From an uncultured Methanosarcinales archaeon (GTDB taxonomy: Archaea > Nanobdellota > Nanobdellia > Woesearchaeales > ARS49), in the NCBI GenBank assembly GCA_964637115.1, contig CAZWVL010000001.1, positions 1 through 64,000 on the forward strand: a DNA stretch of 64,000 nucleotides, read 5' to 3'. The first letter of the stretch is position 1; each line of letters opens with the position of its first letter. The translations under genes and the position numbers were made by a program. Positions 20,254 through 28,609 of this stretch are shown here, one piece after another. Below the pieces are notes generated by a model. That model was not told the origin of the DNA. It ran no database searches and saw only the letters and a list, made by a program, of their open reading frames with translations.

Positions 20254-20822
20254 GGCTTGGCGTAAGTAGGCAGGTAGCTATTCAATTCCAAGCGTGCACG
20301 ATACATCCTGCTCATAACCGTGCCAATAGGAATCTGCTTGATTGCAGCAACCTGTTCGTATGTATGTCCGTCTGCCACTAACTTTAGAATTTCCTGTGAA
20401 CTGGTTTGAAGCTTTTGCATAGCCTGAATAAGCTGTGGTGAAACCTCATCTTTGACAAAATCAGGATCTTCTGGCTGCATATTCTCTTTGATGCGCAATT
20501 GCTTGGCAATCCTTCGGTTATGTTTAGTGGCAATCGTATCGTGACGTCCTCTTGAAATGTAGTCGTTTCTGATAGTTGTATACATCCACGCTTTCAAATT
20601 AGTTTGGTCCAAGGAAGGCATCTTTTCAGCAAGTTTCACATATGTATCCTGTACGACATCTTCTGCAAGCTGGGCATTGCCAGTGATCTTTTTTGCATAT
20701 CTTAGAAATGCATCATACTGCTTTACGATGTCATCAGGAATCTTAATAGGCGCTCTAGGAACGACTACTTGTTCCAAGCTAACGGATACAGGAGTTTCAA
20801 CAGATAAAATGTCTTCGCTCAT
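20250..20822 (-). CDS. ECF-type (sigma-70 group 4) sigma factor homolog
   Basis: Region 2: AEDVVQDTYVK..LKAWMYTTIRN. Region 4: GHTYEQVA..IPIGTVMSRMYRAR. Confidence 0.9.
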   Translation of the reverse strand: MSEDILSVETPVSVSLEQVVVPRAPIKIPDDIVKQYDAFLRYAKKITGNAQLAEDVVQDTYVKLAEKMPSLDQTNLKAWMYTTIRNDYISRGRHDTIATKHNRRIAKQLRIKENMQPEDPDFVKDEVSPQLIQAMQKLQTSSQEILKLVADGHTYEQVAAIKQIPIGTVMSRMYRARLELNSYLPTYAKP

Positions 20823-20863
20823 GAGCCTTGGAAGGCATATTAACTATATAAATTTAACTGTTT

Positions 20864-20883
20864 TTGTCACTTGATAGTGATAA
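20864..20883. promoter_or_regulatory. Palindromic motif TTGTCAC-TTGATA-GTGATAA, 11 bp upstream of the ECF gene TATA box (20845-20852)
   Basis: Seen directly; member of the motif family described in the findings. Confidence 0.7.
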
Positions 20884-20889
20884 TAAATC

Positions 20890-22275
20890 TTAGAGCAGCT
20901 TGTTCTTGATGCCACTCAGCTCATTCTTGCGGCCGCGGCTATCGCCACATGTCGAAGAAATAGTGTATTTCCTGCTTTCATAACCCTGCACATATACCTG
21001 CACGTGCCCGCCTTCTGCGTGCTCCACAGCAAGGCCGAGCTGGCCGAGCTGGTTAGCGATTTCTCCCGTAATCTTTCTTGGCGCGGACTTAAAAATGCTG
21101 TCAAGTGTTTCTACAATGTGGTTGCGCTGGCCTGAAGGCTTGTTCAGCTCAAGGAATGCCTTGAGCAGGTCTTCGCGTCGCGAATCCTTGTGCGTGTAGT
21201 TCTGCTGGCCTTGAAGGAGATAAATGAGCATGTCTCGCAATTCGCCAGCATACAATTCTGCCATGGGAGGGAAACGTAGCACGTTTTCATAACCGGGCCT
21301 GCGTAAGCTGTTTTGTGCAATCAGGCTCTCGAGCGCGTCAATTTTGGCATAACATTCTTTAAGTTCTTTTTCACGGCGCGTGACTTCATCAATCGCAAGT
21401 TGAATCGCTTCGTCCTGGGTTGTGGCTTTGAGTAGTTCCAGTTGCTTACCTGTTTTCATACTTTTGATTCCATCAAAGCGGAGTTCGGCAGGGAACGTAC
21501 CCAGCAATGCCTGCTCGCGAATGGCTTCGTAGAGAGTGGTTTCCATATCCTTGGTTTCAGTGGGCAGGATGATTTTGCGAATGCCCGTCGGCCAGTAAAT
21601 TCCAACTGCCCCGCTATGCGCGTTGCGTCCGCTCGTGCGATTGCGAAGCTTGAATGAAAAGTCGCGAGTTGGCTCAACGAGAACATGTGCCATTCCGCCG
21701 AGCGCGTGCGCAACGCGGTCCGGATGTGCGATGGGAAATCCTTGGTTATCCCTGCTCAGATAGACGACTGGCAGTTTGTTTTTGGATTGGTTGTATATGA
21801 TTTCTGCGACGAACTCAAGATCATCTTCTATGAGCATAAATGGCTCTTTTTTTGGGTACAACATGGTGCCGTCCTGTCCACCTTTGAGTTCGTCCAAAAT
21901 GTCATTGACGATGCGGGGTTTATTTGCTCCTGCCGGCGCACCGCCAATCTTCTTGAGCTCATAATCATGAGTTACGGATACGAGAAATTCTTTTTCACCG
22001 CGCCTTGAGGCGACATCTGTAGTGCGGACTGTGCGGTCATCGGTTTCAATCAGGCGGGTTGCGTAGAGCTCGCGTTTACCTTCATTAACGCGCACTGTTT
22101 CAACACTGACGTGATTTTTCTGGTAGGAGAAGCCATCCTGCGCAATTTTGTCGAGGTCTGCCCGCGGAACATTTCTGTGAGGGCTGCTGGAAATCCAGGT
22201 CTGGATAGTGCTTGCAAGGTGTTCAATACTTTTGTTGCGATTAACTGGAAATACAGCGCAATATGTCTTTGCCAT
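20890..22275 (-). CDS. Hypothetical protein (about 461 aa), bacterial-like, with possible C-terminal HicA-like domain
   Basis: Long ORF, visibly GC-richer than its neighbours; C-terminal GGHVQV..TISSTCGDSRG; start placed at ATG 22275 from TATA spacing. Confidence 0.75.
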   Translation of the reverse strand: MAKTYCAVFPVNRNKSIEHLASTIQTWISSSPHRNVPRADLDKIAQDGFSYQKNHVSVETVRVNEGKRELYATRLIETDDRTVRTTDVASRRGEKEFLVSVTHDYELKKIGGAPAGANKPRIVNDILDELKGGQDGTMLYPKKEPFMLIEDDLEFVAEIIYNQSKNKLPVVYLSRDNQGFPIAHPDRVAHALGGMAHVLVEPTRDFSFKLRNRTSGRNAHSGAVGIYWPTGIRKIILPTETKDMETTLYEAIREQALLGTFPAELRFDGIKSMKTGKQLELLKATTQDEAIQLAIDEVTRREKELKECYAKIDALESLIAQNSLRRPGYENVLRFPPMAELYAGELRDMLIYLLQGQQNYTHKDSRREDLLKAFLELNKPSGQRNHIVETLDSIFKSAPRKITGEIANQLGQLGLAVEHAEGGHVQVYVQGYESRKYTISSTCGDSRGRKNELSGIKNKLL

Positions 22276-22317
22276 TGTGGTATGCATTGAAAAGGCATTT
22301 ATAAATCTTTCTTTCTT

Positions 22318-22337
22318 GTGTCACTAGATAGTAGTTA
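22318..22337. promoter_or_regulatory. Palindromic motif copy GTGTCAC-TAGATA-GTAGTTA, 12 bp upstream of TATA 22298-22305
   Basis: Seen directly. Confidence 0.55.
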
Positions 22338-22409
22338 TGATGGCTTCCGCAAGCTTTAAAAGCAACTCCCTTGTTTCCTATTCTATTGTAGTAGTGGGAG
22401 GGGATTTGA

Positions 22410-22880
22410 GTGAAGAACGAATTAACAACGGCAATTTGTATTGCTCTTTGTGCGGTATTAGCAGTAGCAGTGAGCGCAGTAATGTAAGTGGTAGTTCTAA
22501 CAAGCTATTTGAGGCCTGTAGTACAAGACCTGGGTGCAAGAATAACTGAAACGGCAAACGGCTTTGTAGCAGAAGGATCTAATTACAGATTAGAAATAAA
22601 TGAGAAACAGACGTCAGTTACCTACAGGGATTCAAGCGTTGAAATCGACATGTCGAAAATGAGCAAAATAATGATGAATTATGAAATCAAAAATGGTTCA
22701 AGGCGCCAGCAAATTGAAGTCCTCAAAGCATCCAAAACAGAAATCGCAAAACAAGTCTTAAACGGAATAAGAGGAGACATACGAACACTGGCAATGACTG
22801 AAGAACTTGAAGATGCGGTTATCTTAATTGAAGAACAAATAAAATACCGGGGCAGATCAGAGCCGGCTTACACCAAATAA
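22410..22880 (+). pseudogene. Membrane-anchored hypothetical protein interrupted by an in-frame TAA at 22485-22487
   Basis: GGAGGGG RBS, then GTG 22410 and a hydrophobic stretch that continues in frame across the TAA into the 22488-22880 ORF. Confidence 0.5.
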
Positions 22881-22891
22881 CTATTTTCTGC

Positions 22892-23078
22892 AGAGGACTT
22901 TGAATGACTACATTTTTGTCAAACATCGGAAATCCTTACGCGGATTTCCGAGTGTGATCAAGAACCACTGCGATAAGTTGACATTTTGGTGCTATTCACG
23001 TCACCTTCTTTAGCAGGTGGTTCTTGACAGTCCTCTTAGATAATTTTGACTATTTTTGATAAATATTCAAAATTATCT
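22892..23078. repeat. Double-hairpin REP-like repeat, copy 2, interrupted by a 106-bp insertion
   Basis: AGAGGACTTTGAA..GTCAA[insert 22923-23028]AGTCCTCT-T-AGATAATTTTGAC..TTCAAAATTATCT. Confidence 0.85.
22923..23028. mobile_element. Putative non-autonomous palindromic mini-element
   Basis: Splits an arm that is intact in the other two repeat copies; contains TCGGAAATCC/GGATTTCCGA and TCAAGAACCAC/GTGGTTCTTGA inverted repeats; no target duplication. Confidence 0.5.
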
Positions 23079-23420
23079 GCAATCAACTTTAGCCAAAGCA
23101 TCGCCAACCTTGTCAAGATTTTCATGCAAAACTTTCTTTGCTTCATCCGACAAGTCATATTCCTGCGCAAAAGTGGCAAGCCAGGCTTTTGCATCCCTTA
23201 AAGTATTGGCAGCAGGTTTCATAGAATTCCCATCAACCTTGCCTGATGCGTCACAAGTAACGCCCCTGAGCTTGTCTGAAAATTCATCAACTTTTTGATG
23301 CAAGACTTTCATCGCCTCAGCAGCAACATCGTATTCTGTTTTGAAAACTGAAAGCCAGTTCTTGAAATCGCGCACTGAATTCTCAACATCGCGAACTGAT
23401 TTATCCATTATTTTTGCCAT
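23073..23420 (-). CDS. Helical hypothetical protein made of two tandem repeats of about 45 aa
   Basis: RDFKNWLSVFKTEYDVAAEAMKVLHQKVD versus RDAKAWLATFAQEYDLSDEAKKVLHENLD; GAGGTG RBS. Confidence 0.8.
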   Translation of the reverse strand: MAKIMDKSVRDVENSVRDFKNWLSVFKTEYDVAAEAMKVLHQKVDEFSDKLRGVTCDASGKVDGNSMKPAANTLRDAKAWLATFAQEYDLSDEAKKVLHENLDKVGDALAKVDCR

Positions 23421-23487
23421 ATTGATGCACCTCGTTTAATATTATAATAGCTCTGAAAATGCCACGGTATAAAAAATTTTAGGTACT

Positions 23488-23691
23488 CTACTGGTTTCTA
23501 TTGTTAATACCAAACCAGTCATGCAGTCCGCACCAGCCAAAGAAGCTCTCCACCAATGCAATCCAGCCAATAATTGCCACGAGCAGATTTGCCCACGGAG
23601 CAGCAAACTGGGGTGCAAAAGGTCCAAGCCACCAAATGGCGAGTACAAACCTGAATATTCTATCAAGTTTTCCTAAGTTCTGTTTTACCAT
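23488..23691 (-). CDS. DUF2892 (YgaP-like) small membrane protein
   Basis: NLGKLDRIFR start, two hydrophobic segments, GWCGL...FGIN. Confidence 0.8.
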   Translation of the reverse strand: MVKQNLGKLDRIFRFVLAIWWLGPFAPQFAAPWANLLVAIIGWIALVESFFGWCGLHDWFGINNRNQ

Positions 23692-23779
23692 AGAGGAAAG
23701 AGCTGCGTTGCTCAATATTAATTTTGGGTACGACAATACGTACGCAACCCATTAATAATACGGGAGCTTGCAAAGATAT

Positions 23780-24064
23780 ATGAAAATGGCAGCAGTAATT
23801 CTGTTTGCAGTCGCGATTTTTGCAGTAGTTGCGCTGGTAAATATGAACAAAGCAAGCCCAAGCGCATATGTTGTCCAGCCGTCCACGGACAGAGTTCTCG
23901 GCTATTGTCCAGTCAGTCAGGCTAATTTAGAATGCTACATAGGCGGAAGAGAAGGGATATGCAATTGCAGGACATTAGACGACTACCTGCCATTATACTG
24001 GCAGAGAGACAACTGCGCCTGTGTTGTACCTTCATACATTCAAGGAGTATGGCCGCAACCTTAA
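23780..24064 (+). CDS. Small secreted or anchored Cys-rich protein
   Basis: N-terminal hydrophobic segment, six Cys. Confidence 0.6.
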   Translation: MKMAAVILFAVAIFAVVALVNMNKASPSAYVVQPSTDRVLGYCPVSQANLECYIGGREGICNCRTLDDYLPLYWQRDNCACVVPSYIQGVWPQP

Positions 24065-24067
24065 TTT

Positions 24068-24481
24068 TCACTTGAATGATTTATTTTTAACTGGCAGTCC
24101 AGCGACGTCCCACGCTTTCATGCCGCCGTTCAAATGGTATAAGTTCGTGTAACCAAGGTCCTGCAACTGCTTGACAGCAGATTCACTCATCCTGCCAGAC
24201 CTGCAGTACACAAGAATTGGCGCGTTTTTGTCTTTCGGCAGCTGGTCGACGTGTGCAGGAATGTTTTCCCAGTCTTCTATAATTGCGTCTGTCTTCTCAA
24301 GCTCGCCTTCGTAAGGTGTATGCACGTTAAGAACAAACAAACCCATTTCTTCTTTTTTGTCCAGAAGCTCCTTTACCTTTTCAGGAGGCAGATTTTGGAA
24401 CGTGTCAGAATGTTTTTCTTTGATTTGAGGTGTTTGAGAACACGCTACCAGCAAAATGAACAATGCGGAAATTATTTTCAT
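24068..24481 (-). CDS. Rhodanese-domain lipoprotein
   Basis: Lipobox-like LVAC; active-site loop YCRSGRMS; HLNGGMKAW. Confidence 0.9.
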   Translation of the reverse strand: MKIISALFILLVACSQTPQIKEKHSDTFQNLPPEKVKELLDKKEEMGLFVLNVHTPYEGELEKTDAIIEDWENIPAHVDQLPKDKNAPILVYCRSGRMSESAVKQLQDLGYTNLYHLNGGMKAWDVAGLPVKNKSFK

Positions 24482-25050
24482 GCCGCAACAGCTGTCTTGG
24501 GCTTCGCAGCGGTTTTCTTTGTCTGCTTGGTTGTAAATTCTTCAACAAGAATCGCGCACTTGCACGGCAATTTGTAAGAAGCACGCTTCATAGCACGCCT
24601 TGCAAGAGGAATATGCTCTTTGTAAGTCTTGATTGTGAAAATCGGCTGGCCCGCATAAATCCTTGCAGCAATGCCAATCGGCTTGCCGTAGTTGTGCGCC
24701 ATACCAGTAGACAAACGGTCTGCACCTGCACCAGAAGCCAATGGGTTCTCCCTAATAATGTGGTGCGGGAAACATCTCATCTGGAAAAAGTAACCGGCCT
24801 TTCCCAAAGCGCCTTCCAGAACTCTGTTGGAAGTCTGACGCGCGCTTTCCAAAGCTGCATCACGAATCTGCAAATCAGACTTTGCGACCAAATGAAGCTT
24901 CACAGTAAAGTTCTCCTGAGTGCCGCCAGTATATCTTGAAATCCTGTTAGCAGGACGAGCAGCAACATAACAGAGCTTCTTGTACTTTGACCATCGAGTG
25001 TAGGCTCTCTTGAGGTCTCTGTAGCAACAAAACTTTCGTAATCGGGCCAT
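24478..25050 (-). CDS. rpl10e: 50S ribosomal protein L10e (uL16)
   Basis: LESARQTSNR, FPHHIIRENPLASGAGADRLSTGM, GKPIG, ASYKLP. Confidence 0.97.
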   Translation of the reverse strand: MARLRKFCCYRDLKRAYTRWSKYKKLCYVAARPANRISRYTGGTQENFTVKLHLVAKSDLQIRDAALESARQTSNRVLEGALGKAGYFFQMRCFPHHIIRENPLASGAGADRLSTGMAHNYGKPIGIAARIYAGQPIFTIKTYKEHIPLARRAMKRASYKLPCKCAILVEEFTTKQTKKTAAKPKTAVAA

Positions 25051-25095
25051 AACAAAGAAACTTCAATAGGGGATTTATAAAGCTTTCTACGTCAT

Positions 25096-25150
25096 ATGAA
25101 CTGTTCGATGCCTGTACTATTCTTCTATCCTTGATCTAAGACGTTTATAA
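25096..25150 (+). promoter_or_regulatory. Promoter module ATGAACTGTTCGAT ... CTAAGACGTTTATAA
   Basis: Both elements recur at 25575-25610 in front of the next gene. Confidence 0.55.
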
Positions 25151-25206
25151 TCATTCCCTGGCATGAATATTCCAAAGAGGTGCACAACCTCAGGAGGAAA
25201 AACAAA

Positions 25207-25578
25207 ATGCAAGCGACATTGAATCCACCCGCAAAATCAATTGACACTGTTGTGCAAGAGCGCACACCAATTCAACTCGTCTTCATTGAAGCCGCAATAC
25301 GCGATCAGCAAAACTTTAGAGAACGCGGCGATGACAAAAACATGATGAAAATGTACAGAACGGCAGCAGAAGCGCTTGATGAACTTGGTGAATACGGGCA
25401 TTTTATGCGCACACATGAACAGCTTGGAGAACTCTGGGAGCAAGCAGCCGAACAACTCCAAGGAACGCAACATTACGCAGAACACTACCACTGCGTCATC
25501 AGCGCAATTAACCATTACAAAGACGCTAACAAATGGGACAGAGCATATGGGGCCTTTAGAAACCTGTACCGACAATGA
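25207..25578 (+). CDS. Helical hypothetical protein
   Basis: AGGAGG RBS, ATG 25207. Confidence 0.7.
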   Translation: MQATLNPPAKSIDTVVQERTPIQLVFIEAAIRDQQNFRERGDDKNMMKMYRTAAEALDELGEYGHFMRTHEQLGELWEQAAEQLQGTQHYAEHYHCVISAINHYKDANKWDRAYGAFRNLYRQ

Positions 25579-25610
25579 ACCGTTCGATAAATGACCTAAG
25601 ACGTTTATAA
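25575..25610 (+). promoter_or_regulatory. Promoter module ATGAACCGTTCGAT ... CTAAGACGTTTATAA
   Basis: Near-duplicate of the elements at 25096-25150. Confidence 0.55.
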
Positions 25611-25637
25611 ATATAACAAAACTAGGAGGCATGTAAT

Positions 25638-26120
25638 ATGACAACAATGATAAAAACAATATTGGTTGTTTTGGTGATGGCGATGATTGGAGCATCAGCG
25701 CTTTTTGTCAGCGCGATAACACAGCAGCACGCCATCAGCGAAGCCGAAGCAAAAGCAATAGCACAACAAACAATTGAAGGAGAAATCTCTGAAGTAGAAA
25801 TTGAGAGCGACGTATACGAAGTAGATGTAAGGAAAGATGGAACAGAGCAAGAAGTTACAATCAGCGCTCAAACAGGAGAAGTGCTCAGCGTTGAAGAAGA
25901 CGATGACAGCAACGAGGGTCCAGACGTTCCAATCACGGGAAGTGCACTTGAGCGAGCAAGCGCAGCTGCATTAGCGTACATTGGCGAAGGAAAAGTAACG
26001 GACTCTGAAATTGGGGACGAAGAAGGATATTACGAAATTGAGATAAGGCTGAACAATGGCCGAGAAGTAGATGTCCATCTTGATGAGAACTTCAATGTGC
26101 TTAGCACGGAATACGACTAG
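25638..26120 (+). CDS. Secreted tandem PepSY-domain protein
   Basis: Signal peptide; ISEAEAKAIA..YEVDV..VTISAQTGEVL and YEIEIRL..VDVHLDENFNVL repeats; acidic. Confidence 0.88.
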   Translation: MTTMIKTILVVLVMAMIGASALFVSAITQQHAISEAEAKAIAQQTIEGEISEVEIESDVYEVDVRKDGTEQEVTISAQTGEVLSVEEDDDSNEGPDVPITGSALERASAAALAYIGEGKVTDSEIGDEEGYYEIEIRLNNGREVDVHLDENFNVLSTEYD

Positions 26121-26218
26121 GAACATTTATATTTCGCAAGGAAATGAAATTTCCTGCGCCCAGAAAACCTTTTAGTTTTCTTGGGTTTATTTTTATTCAA
26201 TATAATGTGGTGATAATC

Positions 26219-26578
26219 ATGAACAAACAAACTAAAATCATCTGTTTAATAACAATGTTTTTGCTGTCAACAACAGCAGTATTTGCTCAAGAAGAAAACG
26301 ATGATTGGCAGGTATTCGGCCTAGAAGGAGAAAAACTATTCAACCTGGGCAGCGGAATACTCTCAACAATACTCTTCGTACTCACGTTTATTGCATACCG
26401 AAGAACCAAGCAAAGCAGACTGCTCTACGTGTCTTCTGCCTTTTTCCTGTTCGCAGTAAAAAGCTACCTTGGCGCACTCGAATTATTCTTTGAAGAAATG
26501 GCGTGGATTGATCCAACAGCAGCGGTTTTTAACTTTGCAATACTGTTATGCTTCTTTTGGGGAATCATGAAAAAATAG
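26219..26578 (+). CDS. Membrane protein (about four hydrophobic segments)
   Basis: Hydrophobic segments; 4 bp upstream of the wHTH regulator. Confidence 0.75.
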   Translation: MNKQTKIICLITMFLLSTTAVFAQEENDDWQVFGLEGEKLFNLGSGILSTILFVLTFIAYRRTKQSRLLYVSSAFFLFAVKSYLGALELFFEEMAWIDPTAAVFNFAILLCFFWGIMKK

Positions 26579-26582
26579 GTGC

Positions 26583-27125
26583 ATGATGTCTTATATGTCC
26601 GATAACGACAAGAAAATACTTGAGCTGGAAACGAGAAAAAAGATCTATCTGGTGATTAAAGAATTCGCCGGCAGCCACTTCAGAGAAATACAAAGAAAAA
26701 GTGAGCTGGCAGTCGGCTCAGTACAACACCACCTGCACTCTCTAGTAAAAAGTGGTCTAATAAGAGAAGTCAAGAAAGGCAACAACATCGTTTATTTTCC
26801 ACGTGAATTCGAATCAGGAAATACTATTCTGCTTGGCTTATTACGGCAGGAAAGCATCAGGAAAATCATCTTATTCGTAATGACCAACAAAGGCTGCAAC
26901 CACGAGCAAATCGTCAAGTACGTTAACCTTTCGCCCTCTACAATCTCCTGGCACCTCAAAAAATTACAACAAGAAGGAATCGTTAAGGCAGACAAACAAG
27001 GAAGAAAAACATTCTACAAACTCATGTGCGATGAAAAAGAGATTGTTAATTTACTGATAACATATCAGGAAAGCTTTGTAGATATTCTTGTGGACAGAGT
27101 CGTTGAGATGTGGAGCCTTGAATGA
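26583..27125 (+). CDS. Double winged-HTH (ArsR-like) transcription regulator
   Basis: Two wHTH units: GSHFREIQRKSELAVGSVQHHL and GCNHEQIVKYVNLSPSTISWHLKKL. Confidence 0.9.
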   Translation: MMSYMSDNDKKILELETRKKIYLVIKEFAGSHFREIQRKSELAVGSVQHHLHSLVKSGLIREVKKGNNIVYFPREFESGNTILLGLLRQESIRKIILFVMTNKGCNHEQIVKYVNLSPSTISWHLKKLQQEGIVKADKQGRKTFYKLMCDEKEIVNLLITYQESFVDILVDRVVEMWSLE

Positions 27126-27134
27126 CTGCCAAAT

Positions 27135-28451
27135 CTACTTGTCTTTAGGAATATCCTTGATATAACGCTTCTTGTCCGCCGTGCTGTCAAAATATTTCTT
27201 GCGCTCGGAAGGAGTAAAGTGCCTGTCGGCTTTCTGCTGTTCGTTGCCCAATTCTTTATAAATTTGTGTGAAACGGTCAGCGCTCATTTCGTATTTGACG
27301 TCGCCAAAACTGACGGTAACGCGCTCTTTAGAATAAGTAATGACTTCCTGCGGCACGTTTTCAACAGGAATTGTTGGTTGTGATGGACGATAGACCAGGA
27401 GTCCCACTGCAAGAATTGAAGCGCCGGTAGCAGCAAGCCAGCCAGTCCACTTGCCAGCTCGTGCACGAACAAGTTTTTTCTCCAAATCTTGATTAGCTGT
27501 TGCCAGTTTGCCGTTTTGTTCAAGTGCAAATAATATTTGGCTTTTTTGATTTACAACAAGCGCTTCCCGATCATTATACCATGCCAAATGTTTGGCGCTT
27601 TCTTCTGTTTTTTCTTTACGCGCCTTTGTTGCGTCCACAAGTTTTTTTTCAAGACCTTCTTTTTCACTAGTCAGATCTCCAAGCAAACCGTTCAATGCAA
27701 CAATTGTGGCTTCTTTTTTGTCAGTCTCTCCTCTTGCCATACCAAGCTCTGCCTTGAGTTTATCGGTAAATTCAACTGCATCATGCCGAATGCTGGTAAT
27801 CTGTGTATCCTGAACTTCTATGCGCTTGTATGCAGCCTGAAGCAAGTTTCCAAGCCTGATGACGTCAGGAACGGAAGACGCTTTCAAAATTTCTGTGAAT
27901 TCCCTCTGCAGGTCCCTGTACGCATATTCAAAAGCAGCAGTTCTCCTCTCAACCTGCTGCGCAATTCTGACTTCTTCTGTCAAAGGTCTTGTTGTCAATT
28001 CCATTATTTTAGCGGCAAGTTTGTGCATATGTGGGGGAGAATCACTTTGCAGGGTGCCAACCATACCAAGATCTGTTCCTATTTCAAGTCTGAACGCAGC
28101 AGAAACCCATCTTCTGTAGGCTTCGAATGCTTTTGGGTGGTTTGTCTTGAAAGAATCTATTTCATCAGGAGTTAGATTGCATTGCGCAAGATATTGCTCT
28201 GGGTTAAACGAGTGGTAACTTTCCTTAACAGGTTGACCGGTGGCTGGGTCAATAACAGGCTGACCGGTTTTGAGGTCTTTAACCATATATTGCTCTAAAT
28301 TTGCGGTGTCAACTCTCTGAGTTATTTGCCCTTTCAAAAACATACGGATGGTATCTTCAGGCAAATTATCTATTTCCAGCAGTCTATCAGCCAGTTTTCT
28401 CTTCCAATCATCAGGGCTTTTAACTCCCTGACTGCCAGTTTGGTCCCCCAT
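27135..28451 (-). CDS. Coiled-coil protein with a single TM helix near the C-terminus
   Basis: Heptad-rich middle, WTGWLAATGASILAVGLLVY TM; start at ATG 28451 inferred from TTTAAAAG box at 28482-28475 (alternative start 28493). Confidence 0.75.
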   Translation of the reverse strand: MGDQTGSQGVKSPDDWKRKLADRLLEIDNLPEDTIRMFLKGQITQRVDTANLEQYMVKDLKTGQPVIDPATGQPVKESYHSFNPEQYLAQCNLTPDEIDSFKTNHPKAFEAYRRWVSAAFRLEIGTDLGMVGTLQSDSPPHMHKLAAKIMELTTRPLTEEVRIAQQVERRTAAFEYAYRDLQREFTEILKASSVPDVIRLGNLLQAAYKRIEVQDTQITSIRHDAVEFTDKLKAELGMARGETDKKEATIVALNGLLGDLTSEKEGLEKKLVDATKARKEKTEESAKHLAWYNDREALVVNQKSQILFALEQNGKLATANQDLEKKLVRARAGKWTGWLAATGASILAVGLLVYRPSQPTIPVENVPQEVITYSKERVTVSFGDVKYEMSADRFTQIYKELGNEQQKADRHFTPSERKKYFDSTADKKRYIKDIPKDK

Positions 28452-28495
28452 GGCCTTAACTGAACCATTCCCCCCTTTTAAATCTTGTGTCATTT

Positions 28496-28515
28496 TAACC
28501 ACTCTATAGTAGAAA
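28496..28515. promoter_or_regulatory. Palindromic motif copy TAACCAC-TCTATA-GTAGAAA, 13 bp upstream of the TATA box
   Basis: Seen directly; degenerate. Confidence 0.45.
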
Positions 28516-28609
28516 CCCTGTGTTTCCTCTTCAAATATGGCTGGCAGCACCTCATTTAAATAATTTCTGCACAGGAACGTTTTTAAACTCTATGTTATAC
28601 TTTCCGATT

